Assembly: GCA_036172245.1 (NCBI GenBank)
Contig: JAYWIR010000003.1
Location: 558,001 to 622,000, forward strand
Source: Raillietiella orientalis
Taxonomy: Eukaryota
DNA length: 64,000 bases
Direction: 5' to 3'
Part shown: positions 13,093-64,000 of the stretch, in pieces
How positions within the stretch are numbered: the first letter of the stretch is position 1
Layout of the letters: every line of letters begins with the position of its first letter
Notes under the pieces: generated by a model
The model's input: the letters and a program-made list of their open reading frames with translations, nothing else
Told to the model about the DNA's origin: nothing
Databases searched by the model: none
Program-made: the position numbers and the translations under genes

Positions 13093-16000
13093 TGCAGTTA
13101 TTTACAGCATGTGTGGTGTTACCAGCCTGTTGCCTTCCAGATGCATTTGTTCAGATTAGTTACCTTCCTTTGAAATGCAGAGATATGATTTCAAGTTGTT
13201 GGAAAGGTGCTAGTGAAAAAACTATGCAATACAAACTTTTCGAATAGTCTACCTCCTACCTGTTTAATGGTGCTCATGATTAGAGTACTTTATTTGTATT
13301 GGTGACTGTGAATTTCTTCCTATATATATCTCTTCAAGGTAATTCAGATTCATTTTATAAAACTTTGCTCAGTATTTTATTACAAGGAATTAAATTAAGG
13401 ACTTTGTCCCAGTGTTGTTAAAAAAACAAATGGAAATGATAAACCATTGATAAGTTTGCAAAATTCTTCTGCTTATATTTTTTCATATGTGTTTTCAATT
13501 ACGGAATGTAAAAAAAAAAAAAAAAAATTTTCTGAAGCAAGACTTTTGCACATGAGACGTGAGAGTATGCCCTTAAGCTTGTGAGAGAAAATTCTTTCAA
13601 GATTTATGATAGAAGAATGCCATTTACAAGCACGTGAAAGAGATTGATTGTTTTTCAGACCACATGGAAAGTGTGACATGAAATTTGACAAAAATGCGCT
13701 GGCTGCATACAACATGCCCACATTTTGAACCAAAACTGGTGCAGTAGAGCAGCAAGCAATAGCTTATAAATGACCAAAGTAGTTGTAACTTGAGTAAGTA
13801 GATAGTGAAACATCAAATTAAGACCTTTGGAAAACATGATTTTGTTTTGAAAAGCACACTCGTGAAGTAATTCTTAAGTGTGTATGTCGTTTACGGCATT
13901 GCGATGAATGTGTGAAAAATTCCGAAAACCTCCGAAAGTGTCGGATGAAATGGCTGCAAATGTTTTTGCGAGATTTTAAAGCAAGCAGTAGAATGAAAGA
14001 GAGGAAAACGCATGCATGAAGATGACTTGGTCACAGATGATTGGATCTTGTAAGAACGGCTCAACAACATACGTTCCTCTAAATGCATTCTTCATCGATT
14101 GGTTATGAGCAAAATGCAGTTTTTGATTTGTTTTCCTGGGATTGAATTTTTCAATTTGATTTCACAATATTCTGCGAAATCCGTTCGTTGCGAAGCTTAA
14201 GTGATTTTGTGAAAATCAAGCGTCGTACGTCGCTAGGCGCTCCGAATTATCGTCCTTTAGTAGAACTTGTGGGGGTCTTCCGTGTTAACATCTGCTGCTC
14301 CTGCTGCTGCTGTTTTTGCCTTTCGGGTCGGTGATGAAAGGTCCTTTGCCTGTGAGCAGCCTCTGTGCATCCTTTGGACTGCTTTTAACCCTTTGCACCG
14401 CCACCACGTTGCTCCCATTCCGTTCAGTCGAATGCTTGACCTCTACGAAACGGATGGTCTGACCAGCAGTTGGGTGCGCCAACCCATAGAGTTTCGGGCC
14501 TATTTCTTTGCTTTGGGTGTGTTACCAGCATGCCGGGCGAGGTTTCCTTCCCTTCACACAGGGAGAGGTGGTGCTTGAATTGGTCTGTGATGTGGTGCTT
14601 ACAGGAACCGAGGCGCTTGCATGAGTCTTTGACGCTGAGATCTCCACCCTTGGGTTTATTATTATTATTATTGTTTTTGTTTTTCGTTTCCAAAAGCTGT
14701 ATGTTGTATGTATTTTGCAAGTTCTTGTTCGTGAACCTATTGCGCTCAACAGTTTCCACGCGAGACGGATGGTTGTGCTCATGGTATTCACGAAGTGTCA
14801 ACCCTCGAAGGCAAACATCGTCATTTTGCGCCATGGGGATGGATTTAGCGACATCCTATTTTCTAATCTTATGAGCTATTTTGAAACAGTGTAGAATTAT
14901 TCGTTAGGCGTGTGATATATTTTCCGCAGACCCCCTCTAGTCGATGCGTGGAATTTTGCTAAGAGGACATCTAGACGGTTCTCCAAATGAAGTGAAAGTT
15001 ACTTTTTTCAACGTCAACTCGTTTCCGCGTTTCCATTGATTTAAGGCTCACGGAAGTTTGCAGTGGATGATTTTTGCCCTTCCCGCCCACCCCCCTCTTC
15101 CTTCCTCCCCCATTCTCACCATACCTGCACGCGGCACCGTGTCTTGGGATCAATGTAGTGTTAACGGTTCACGTTGACAAAAATCACCCCTAGTGTGCCT
15201 TTTATTCAGAAACAGCTGGGTACACAATTCTGTCGTTTCTGACGAGACGTTTTCCGTACCGTATAATGTTGAGCAACTTCCGTTTCTTCATGTAGAATGT
15301 ACATCTTTTCGTTGCCATATTGATTGTGGCATTTGCTGGTGCGGGTTCGTTTCCGCACGTGTCCTCACGGTGTAATTCAGATGGATGCGTACTTCGGCGT
15401 CTTCCTCGGGAGGGAATACGGGGGTGTACGGTTTACCAGGTGCCTGTTGTAAATTCCAATCCCGCAAACGCCCACTGCCAGCCCAGATTTAAGTGCCGTT
15501 CCCTTTCCCGTTGGCAGTTCGGCCGAGGAACGCATCGGAAAGGCGCGCAGTCGGAGGCACGGGAAAATGCAAACGCCTCCATCGTTCCTTTTTGCTCCGT
15601 TTCCACGACTTTCGTGTCTTTTTCCCCGGTGCCGTTCTCTCGGAAGACACTTTTTGATACGCCACGCTCCATGACTGATTCGCTTTGCCCCTTGTCAAAT
15701 CCATCTCATTCCGTCGTCTTTCAGGACGTGTAGGGGCTAATTTGGTTCCGAGTGCTGAGGGAGCTGCGAACTTGTCGAAGAACAAAAGGACCGCATTTAT
15801 TTATCTGTTCATCTCTCCACTATATTTGGGGTTTAGGAATTCGTTTGGCGTCCTCCTCGAGTTTTCGGAGCTTCCATCCTGCGGTGGGCAGTTCGAAGAT
15901 GGGGAGAAATAGGAAAATAGGTTCAGGGCGGTTCGTCAGCTCCGTTCAAACGGCACGATCGGAAATCGGCGGGAGCCGAATGGGGGGCCCCGGTCCTCCG

Positions 16001-19000
16001 GACTCGCACTTGATTTTCTGGTGGATATGGACCCGTTTTTCTATCCGTGGAGCACACGGGCACAAAACGGAAGGGCAGTTCGCGTGGGCACTGTGCTCTC
16101 TTTCAGTGGAGGACGCGCGTGCACGGACTTCAACGGCGGCCCGTCGTCTTCGCAGAAGGGTAAAGGGAAACGGACGATTCTGTTTCCGAGTGTATTTTCA
16201 AGAAATCCGTTTCCATTAAAAAAATGCTTTGTACTTTGCAGAGCAGTACGTACACGCTGGAAAGTATTACGTTGAATAAAAAAAGCTCCAGGAAGGCGAC
16301 GTGCGAAGTTGGGGGAACGCTCCGCAGTCGCACGGTGACCAACGTGCAGCACCTGGGCGCAGAAAGGCTCGGTCGTCATGGGAAGACACGATAGGGAGGG
16401 GAAGGGCAACAGATTCAATTTGTGCTTTTTGCTACCGGTCCGTTCAGAACATTCAACGAGGGGACTTCCAGAGGTGTTGCGTTGGTGTTTCCCGGCGAGT
16501 GACCTGAACCTTGAATTGTGTTTTCAGTAGGACACTTCTGGTTGTTTCGCTTTCCAAAGCGGAATCTTTTTACTTTCGCAGAAAATTCTCTTCATGGTTG
16601 TTTTTGCGATTATCAGTTCCGCCTGGCAAGGGGAATGAGCTGAGAGTCGGTGCCCCTGGTGTTGTGCTCGTGCTGGACCAACTACGCAAAGCACGGACAA
16701 CGCTGTCGGCTTCTCAGGAACTTGTCCTGCTGGATTATTCAGGGGCGCCGGATGAGCCTGCCTGCATCCCGAGGCACGCTGCAAGCGCCATCTGTGCTTA
16801 GAGCGTAAAAGTGGAAGCTGCGGGCGGCATGGTAGCATGCCATGAGGGACCTGAATGTGTTCCAGGTGTATCACAGTCTTCTGGATAGCTGGAAGACTAC
16901 AGCTACCACCTTGGAGCGGTTTCATAAAGACATGCGGGATGGGTTTTCAGTGTACCATGACATTTCAGTGTACACGAGCCCACCCTCCCACCTCTTATGT
17001 TGTTGGAGGTGAGTGTCGAGCTGGAACCATCATCCACAGAATGCGGGAGAAACCGGAAATTTGTTTGGAATCGGTTCTTAGTGGGAGCATGCAGAACCGC
17101 AGTCGATGGCCTAGCGAGAGCTCAAGTGGAGAAAAATAACACGAGTGTTGCTCGTGTTATCGGGGGGTGGGTGGGTGAAAGATGCGTGTGGGCTGGAGGC
17201 ATAGCAACCTTCCCGGTGGGTGCGTTTCAGGGAACTACGGAGCGTGGTTGCTGAGGAGTCTCCTTGTCTGATGTGGTCTTTTGTTGAGACTCTCTCCGTT
17301 TGTTCCGAGCGCCGGCAGCAGTCAGATGTGACTTTTTAGGTTTGGGTTCCCCTGGCTTGCACGCGCGTTCCTGTGCCAGCCGCGTACTTCCCTGTCGAAC
17401 GCTAATGATGTTCGGACTGCCGTATTGACTAGCCCGATGGGCGCCCGTCGTGCTCGCGTGGTCGTTTTGTATTTCCCTTTTACTCGGCTATCTTTCTGAA
17501 GATTGAATGCCGCCGTGGAGTTCCGTGCTGCATCACTGCCTTCTCGTAACTCAGAGCGAACGGGACAACTGCTTCTCATTCCCTTTTCTTTCTTTCTTTC
17601 TCCCTTCTTCAAAGAAAGTCTCTTTCATGATTGCCGGATGTGCGGAAGAGAAGATGAAATAGGTGGAGGCTGTGGAATGATTGGAGTTTCGTGAAATCCC
17701 AGTCACATGAAAAAAGCACGAGGTTAGGTTTAGCACGGGTCATATAGGATAGTCGTGGCGTTGGGAGAATGTCACGCGGAAATGCGTGACTTGGTCCTGT
17801 GCCAAAGCGCGGTACTAATTCAAAGCCTTCAAGCCGGAAAGTAGCACGGTGGTATGCCAATTTGGAGGGAGGAGGGGGGGGGGAGAGAGAGGACCTCCAC
17901 TGTCACCGAAAGTAAAAGCACTCAACCCAAGTGCCTGGCAAGCGAGCACCTTGCGAGTGGGAGCGGTCCTCAGGAAGCAACCGGGACATCCACGAAGGGC
18001 ACACAAAGAATTCTTTTCTTTGATCTCTGAAGTGCTTATTCATCCTTTTCCCTCTCCTGTGTTTTTTTTTTTTTTTTTTTTTCTTCTTCTTCTTCCAATT
18101 CTGCTGCCTCACCCAAAGGCTGTAACTGATTGCATTTCAGGCAATGGCGTGCTGCCTTTACGTGTCGTTTTTTCCCCGCTCCCCTCCCTCCGAAGAAACA
18201 AAGTGCTCCATTCTTCATGCCGTTTCGTTGTTTTGCGTGTAGTCGCCACGAGCTGACGGCTAGTCGCCGCCGGATCTGCAGTGCTGCCCAAGACAAGTTG
18301 CCGTTCGTCACGACTCGGGGACTTCGAAAGCGCTGGCAAGCGGTTTCAGGACGGAGGAAGGGTGACGGATGCAAAAACGCGCTCAGGAATTCCTCCCAGT
18401 CAGAATCGCCGGCGGAAGTCACGGCCACCCTCATGCTCCGTCGAAGGCGTTGAGTCAATAAAAAAGAGGACTTTGGCTGCTTATTGTTTATTTGTCTCTT
18501 GCAACGTGTAGTTCTTGCATGGGGGTGAACCGGGAAGGGTCTGGACAGAGACGCAGGTGGAGTTTGCGAGACCCCTACTGCCCCCTCCCGCATCCCTCAC
18601 TTCCCTTGGCGGATACGGCGCTCGATGATCGACTGTTGGCTGGCCGGTGGGCAAAGGAGGGCATCCCCAGGTTCGGGTTTCCAGACTACAGGAAATGGGG
18701 CACGCGAGTCTCGGGAAAGAATCTTTGTGGCAAGGGCAGGTCGCGGGTGCAACAGACCATTCGACAGGTTTGCAGGAGGAGGTGCCGCTCTCCAGCGTTT
18801 TCCCGAATTCTCCTCAAGGCAGTGCCTCTCCCTCATTGGCTGGGACACCTAAGCCGGGAGAGGGTCCCGGTCGAGCTTTTCCCCCTTACGGGTTGCGCCA
18901 GCTGCGCGTCTTTCTCGGACTTCACGGTCGTCCGATGTGCCTTCGATGCTTAAACGCGCAAGGGGTGTCTCTCCCTCCGGGAATGGATCTTCGTCGTTTC

Positions 19001-19651
19001 ATCGACCCTTTCGCCCCTGCCGCCCGCTGCTACCCCGCTCTACTCTCCCCTGGGAAGCAGCACGTGCAATTCCCTGTGCAGGAAAGTTTTCACGCGCACT
19101 CTACCCGGAGTGATGGAGCAGCCGGAAACGCTTGGTTTCCGTTCCGCGAGCCTCTGGAGGATTTTCCTGCGCGTCGACCGATCTCTCGGCGCGCACATGG
19201 AGCGTGCTGGGGCGGGCGAGACCGCCTTTGTGAGCTCCGCCCTGCCAGCGCGTCAGGGGTGACGGCGCTCACGTAGTGACGACGCGCTCCGGGTTTCGGC
19301 GGTTGCCCGGACATGCGGCCGTATCCGCTTACCGTCCGCCCATCGCCAGGTCATCCTCCCTTCCGGGATTCCTGGGATTCGGGCCTTCCCTCGGTCAAGA
19401 CGTGCACTCTCGCCGAGGCTGGACGAAGGTGGACGCTTGCAGTGCAGGCAGCGGTCGGGGAGCAAGAAAAGAAAAAAAAAAGCAGGAGTGCGTATCGGCT
19501 TCCGGGAGGATTGCTCTTACTGTTCGGTACCGGTTGCCGCGGTGAAGCGTTTTCCGGTTCCCTTCGCGAGGTCGCCCTGCCGCGCTCATGCATCAACTCG
19601 CACGAGCGTATGCGTGTGCGTGCGCCCGAGACGGAAGCCGCGCGATACGAT

Positions 19652-19675
19652 CAGCAGCAGCAGCAGCAGCAGCAG
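19652..19675. repeat. (CAG)8 microsatellite
   Basis: Read directly from the sequence. Confidence 0.9.
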
Positions 19676-21511
19676 GAAGGCCGGATTGTCAGCGGTCCCC
19701 TCCCTTCGTCGTGGCGGCAGTTCCCCTCCCCGGGACCCACGCGAAGCTCAGCATGCAGCGGTTCCTGGGAGAGAGGGAGAAGGAGACGGGATGGGAGGGG
19801 AAAAAAGCGCGTGGCTCCGGGACAAGAAGCGTCAAGGAAAACCAAATTGCGTGTGCTCTCCTTCCAGCAGCGCTTCCACTTGTTCCGTCGGAAAGATCTG
19901 GGACTCTTTTGTCATGTTTCCCTGGTTTCGGACGGCGGAGGAGATAAGGTTGCGTGGCGCGCCTGCACGCGTGTGTGCATGTGCCCGTTTGTTTGCTTTT
20001 TCGCTTCCGCTGCGACTGCACGGGCTACTTCTCACCGTGTGAGTGTTTTTTTTCTTCTTCTTCTTCCTCCTCCTCCTCTTCTCGCCGCGGTGTGGGTGTT
20101 GCCATGACAAACCCGCGAAGTCATTCTGGGGGAGCGGAACCGAAGAAATCGCCGGAATGCGGGTGGCCCGCCATTCCCTCAAAAGGTGCGGTGCACCTCC
20201 GCCTCCCCTCCCCCCTCCCCCGTGCATTCGCTTATATGGTCAATCGAACATCCACCACCTTCTGAATTAACAGAAGCAGCTTCCGTTTTGCTCCCCCCCT
20301 TTCCTTGACCCTTCTTCTCTCCCTTCTCCTTCCCCAGAGGATCACTCGGGCAGTCCGGAAGCTTGGGCTCGCGACCTTGAGGTAACATTCGATACGCGGG
20401 GTGCCAGTGAAAGAGGCGCCGACTCCCGGAGTGGCGAACGGAACTTCTGCACGAGGGGGCGGGTGAATGGGAGACCCCGGGTGGTGGCAGTCTCTGATTT
20501 TGTCGGATGCTCCAGGATCCTTCGGACCCACCGACGATTCGAAGGAAACGTGTGGCCGAAGGCAAACCGAAGTCGCCCTCCGTGTTCTTCGAACTCCGCA
20601 TTGGAAAAGAGGGAAGGGGAGGGAGGGAGGGAAAAGCTGTGAGAAAAAGTTTTCCGTTCCCCTGCGCGCGCGATCGGCGGTGTTGCATCCTTGGGCGGAC
20701 CTTCGAGGAGAGGATGACCTCCGGGGAGGGAGAGGGGGGTGAGGCGGCGGGCGTTCCCTCCGTTCCACGCTCCCCCCCCCCGCGTCACACGACTGCTCGC
20801 CACCTGCCGGAGGCACGCGGGAGGCAGCGAAAGCGGATCCGGGATCTGGAACGACCCTAGGATGCCCCCTCTCTTCCGGGGATCAGCGGAAAGTCTCGAG
20901 GGCGGATGCACCTCCTCCTCGTAGGACTGGGAAGGGACTGACCCCTTGCTCGCTCACGGAGCCTCATGGAGTCGGCAGGCTCGGTGCATCCCTTTCACCA
21001 GATGCCCCCAGGGAGTCAGCGTGACCTCTCTTTAGCAACAGCATCAGCAGAAGCTCCCACCGAAGTTCCCCTCCTTCGCTCCCTCCCTTCGGACAGGTGT
21101 TTCAGGGATGCGAGGGATGGAAGCGAGGCTTTCCCGTGATGCTGCGACGGCAGACCTCAGCACCTGTTTTCGGTGAGGAAACCTTCAGGGTCCTCGGCCT
21201 GTTCCTAGAGAGGTCAGGAGCGTCGCCGGAGAGGACGGCGCTCCCCGGCACCATCCGCGCGCGTCGACAGTGCCTCGCCGCGTCGCGCGGCGAGGCACTG
21301 TCATCGTGCTGGAAGGAGGGCACCTCCGCCTCCTCAGCGGGCGGACAGCCCATCGTGTCTCCCTCGAGTGTGAGTCACGTCCCCACGCGTCGGTCCTAGG
21401 AATGACCCGGAGACCCTCGTGTCGCCAACACGGGGGGGCGGGTGGTACCTCGCGGGAGAGAGCCCCCTGCCTCGCCGCCGCCACCATCTTCACGCCGCTC
21501 ATCTTCCAGCC

Positions 21512-60765
<39,254 letters not shown>

Positions 60766-62526
60766 GTCACCCCCGCGTTCATCTCCCGTCTGCGCCGGGC
60801 CACGTCCCGTCGTTCTTCCCTCGGGCGGGAGCGACAGGGACGCTTCCCAAACTCGGAGCTGCGGGCTGGGGAGGGGGGAACACCGGAGGGGCGTCCTCTG
60901 CGGACCGCACACTCATGGTGGCGGGAGACGGAGAGGTCCTAGAGGAGGCAGGAGATGCGGTCCTCTCGAGCGAGCTGTGGGAGGGGAAGAAGAGGAGGAG
61001 GGGGGGGGGATCGAGGGCGCGGCACGTCTCTTTCTTCTGGCTGGTCCCAGACACCGCTCTCCGGACGGGCGTGCCGCTCACTGCGATCGAACGGAAGCTA
61101 CGGGCTTCTCGCCAAGGCAGCCAGCTTTCCTTCCCTCCCGCCCGCTCCCGATCCCGTGCATGCGCCAGCAGGGTGGCGCGCGCACCCAGACGGAGAGCAG
61201 TCGATACGCCGTCGCGCGCTCGCTAGCCGAACGGGGAGGAAGAAGAGGAGTCGTCCCCTCCTTCGTCTCCGGGCAACGCCGGCGGCGCCCTCCTCCTCCC
61301 TCCCTCCTTCCACCAGGGAGAGCGAAGGAGAGGGAGAGGCGTCCAGTACCTGGACGAGAAGGCGAGAGGGGTCGGCAGACGAGGAGAGGCGATGTCCTCG
61401 CTTCCCTTCGCTTACCCCATCCGCGCGGTACCCAGGAGAGGCGGCTATACACGTGTCGCGTCCTCCTTCTCCCTCCCTCTTCCATTCCGGACCAGGTGCT
61501 CGCTCTACCTGCCACGAGGACGCTCACCTTACTGCTCCCGCCGCCGGAGGACATCCGGCCTGGGTGCGAGAGGGTCGCAAGGTGGTGACCGAGCAGAAGA
61601 ACTCGCACGGCCTTCTGCCCAGCGTCGACCGGGCCGGGCGCAGGAGACGCAAAGTCCCCCGTCGCCTGCACAGTTCTGGCACCTGCTGATACGCGGAAAA
61701 GGACGACCCCCGGCCTTCCTTTCTCCGAGTTCTTCTGCTCCCCCCGCCCCCAACCTCCCGAAAAAAGGCACAGCGGAGCAGCGCTTCGGGCGGGGTGAGG
61801 AATGCTGCTGGCGGTGGTGGACGGAGACTGCACGAACACCGAGCTGCCGAGCAAGGAAAAGGAACAAAGAAAGCGCGGAAGATGTTTGTTCGTCCTCTTT
61901 TTTTTCCTGTCCAGAGGGAGAGAGAGAAAAACATCTTGCAACATTGCGGGGGGGCCACACGGGCAGGCCGAGATCTCCACGCTCGGATTCCAGGATTCGT
62001 TCCAGGATTTGGGAATTTGCGCTCGAGAGGCGCACGAGATCCTCGTGTGGCATTCCCTCGCTTTTTTGTCCTTTTCTGACAGACGAACTTAGCAGCGCCC
62101 ACGCTCCCGCGGGAACGCTCACCGCCACGGAATCCCCCCCCCCCTTTTTTTTTTCTTCTTTTCCTTTTTGTTTTTGTTTTCGCTCACCTTTTCTCAAGCC
62201 AAACCGGAAAGCTTTCCTCTCTTTCCTACGCTTGAAACTTGAAGCGTTCCTTCAAGGAGGAGAAAAGAAAAAAAAAAAAACAGGAGAGACGCAGACGAAA
62301 CGCTCTTTCGGCCGCGTCGCCGCTCGACGTCGTCCGTCGTCCCTGACGACGGCGGCGAAACGCGTGTGCCCGCTCGCCCTGCCCGCCTGTTGGGTCACGT
62401 GTCCCGGCTAAGCATCATGAAGTCGCTCTCGGCGGCCGCCACGAGCCAGTTCCGCTTCCGGCCGATTTCCAAGGATTCGCTTTCGAATGGCGGTTCCGGT
62501 TTGCCATATCTCCCAAGGAAATCTCA

Positions 62527-62554
62527 GTGTGTATGTGTGTGTGTGTGTGTGTGT
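62527..62554. repeat. Imperfect (GT)n microsatellite
   Basis: Read directly from the sequence. Confidence 0.85.
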
Positions 62555-64000
62555 TGCAAAAAAAAATGCTTCGAAAACAGGCTCTCCCGATGAAATCAGT
62601 TGCAATCGAATCTCCCTGAGTATGGCAACTAATGGAAATGTCATGTCACGTTGCGAGTCGAACGGCACGCCATCTCATGAAGAGACAGCGACAGAAATGG
62701 TATGGAACGGAAGAATTCTCGAAACCATTTTCTGGATAAATGCTTTTCCTTGTTGTTGTTCCAAAGAGACTGAAGTCCAGTGAGTTGTAAACGTAATTTA
62801 TGTTGGTATCGTATTCAAAAGCAAGGTGCTACGAGAAGCATTTTTCCGTCCTTTTTTTTTTTCTTCCTCTTTTTTGGAACCTTGACTGGCTGCTTTTGAT
62901 CCTTATGTTTGGGTAGCCTTCCTTGTAGAAAGGGGAAACATAAAAGCAAAATTTAGCTTTTTCTGAAGACGAATAAATTGTTCAAAGAGAGGCGAATAAA
63001 TCAATATTGTATTCTGCATTTAAATCTGTTTAGAACCCGGTATGGCAAGGACGAGATGAGGAACAACAGATTGACTGGGGACGGGGGGAAGGGGAGAAAG
63101 GGCTGTGTGGGGTGATGTCTTTCTCGTGAATAAAAGATAAGCATTGGAAGGTTCCTACAAATCCTCTTTTGATAGGACGAGACTAACCGAAACATCATCT
63201 GGGAGCATCTACGAAGACAAAAAACGTGTTTATAAGTTAAAATTCTGTTTTGGTAAGTTGCCGCAGTGCCGTTGGCATGAAAACCGCAAGGCGTACTTTT
63301 TGCACGCATGCAAACGAAACGTTATTACTTGCATCGATTAGCAGCATGATAAAAAATGCATGCGGATGACGACCATGTCCGTGTGACCCGCTCCCATTGA
63401 TAAATTACCGAGTTTTCATTACCGATGACAGCAGCTGGAAGTAGTGATGACGCTGTGGCATTATCACTCCCTTAACGAAGGGGACAGTAGTGGCGGTAGC
63501 ACGAGTGGGGTCCAAGGAGGCCGTTAGCGAAGGAAAGCAGAAGGACGGTCTTTGGGTGTGCCATTCCGTTTTGCATAACGGCGGCTCTTCCTCCTCCATT
63601 GCCCCTCCCTCCGCGTCCCCAACTGGAAGGGACGGCAGGAGGGGGGGGGGGGAGAAGAAAAAGGAAAAAAAACAAAATGTATAAGAGAAACTCTGAGAGT
63701 GGTGGTGGCAGCACTGCGTTTCGGTTTTGATTTGTTCTCGAGTCCTCGCCCCGCTGCACTTGCGACGACGGCGCTCCCAATCGCCCCCCGCGCGCGCCCA
63801 CTCGAGTCTTCCAGCGTGGCACCATCGGACGACGACGAAGCAGCGGCGGGGCAGCATGCTCGATGCGACCTACTGCGCTCTCAGGGAATGGAGTCCCTAG
63901 TCTCGCTCGACCGGCAGCCGGGGTGCCCTCGGGGATATCGGCACCGCCGTCTCGGAACGAAACCGACGAGGGGGGAAAGGAGTGCGGGTGAGGGGGAGGA

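Noticed and set aside
13509..13527. Poly-A run downstream of CDK11
   Set aside because: CDK11 has introns and no TSD or element body adjoins it; simple homopolymer.
17721..17730. AGGTTAGGTT (two TTAGG-type units; possible telomerase template on the minus strand)
   Set aside because: Only 10 nt, expected by chance, no supporting promoter or structure.
63405..63600. Minus-strand ORF MEEEEPPLCK..MKTR with a phase-2 donor at 63409 as a possible ERG exon
   Set aside because: No PAS or ERG similarity; joining to 60974 runs into the stop at 60779 and it is out of phase with 56812.

Overview
Eukaryotic (arthropod-like) genomic DNA with three spliced protein-coding genes and a sharp compositional split. 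Bases ~1-14 kb are AT-rich with CpG-depleted gene bodies and two compact + strand genes with mostly 41-53 nt introns: an uncharacterised Cys-rich secreted/GPI-type protein (406-6606) and CDK11/PITSLRE (9892-13092). Most of ~15-64 kb is GC- and CpG-rich and is occupied by a convergently oriented, minus-strand ERG/seizure (KCNH2-type) K+ channel gene (17 predicted coding exons, 60765-21512, ~878 aa). No PAS domain is seen in the window. The channel has a candidate hERG1b-like basic first exon, a uORF-rich leader and inactivation-reducing pore residues. Its introns carry a U6 snRNA retrocopy with a TSD and a precise ACAGAGA-box deletion, two inverted copies of an apparently dimeric tRNA-derived SINE, a ~1 kb inverted-repeat (MITE-like) element and a delta-class GST pseudogene. 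The several hundred overlapping ORFs in the GC-rich part are artefacts of stop-codon scarcity. All calls were read by eye; no searches were run.
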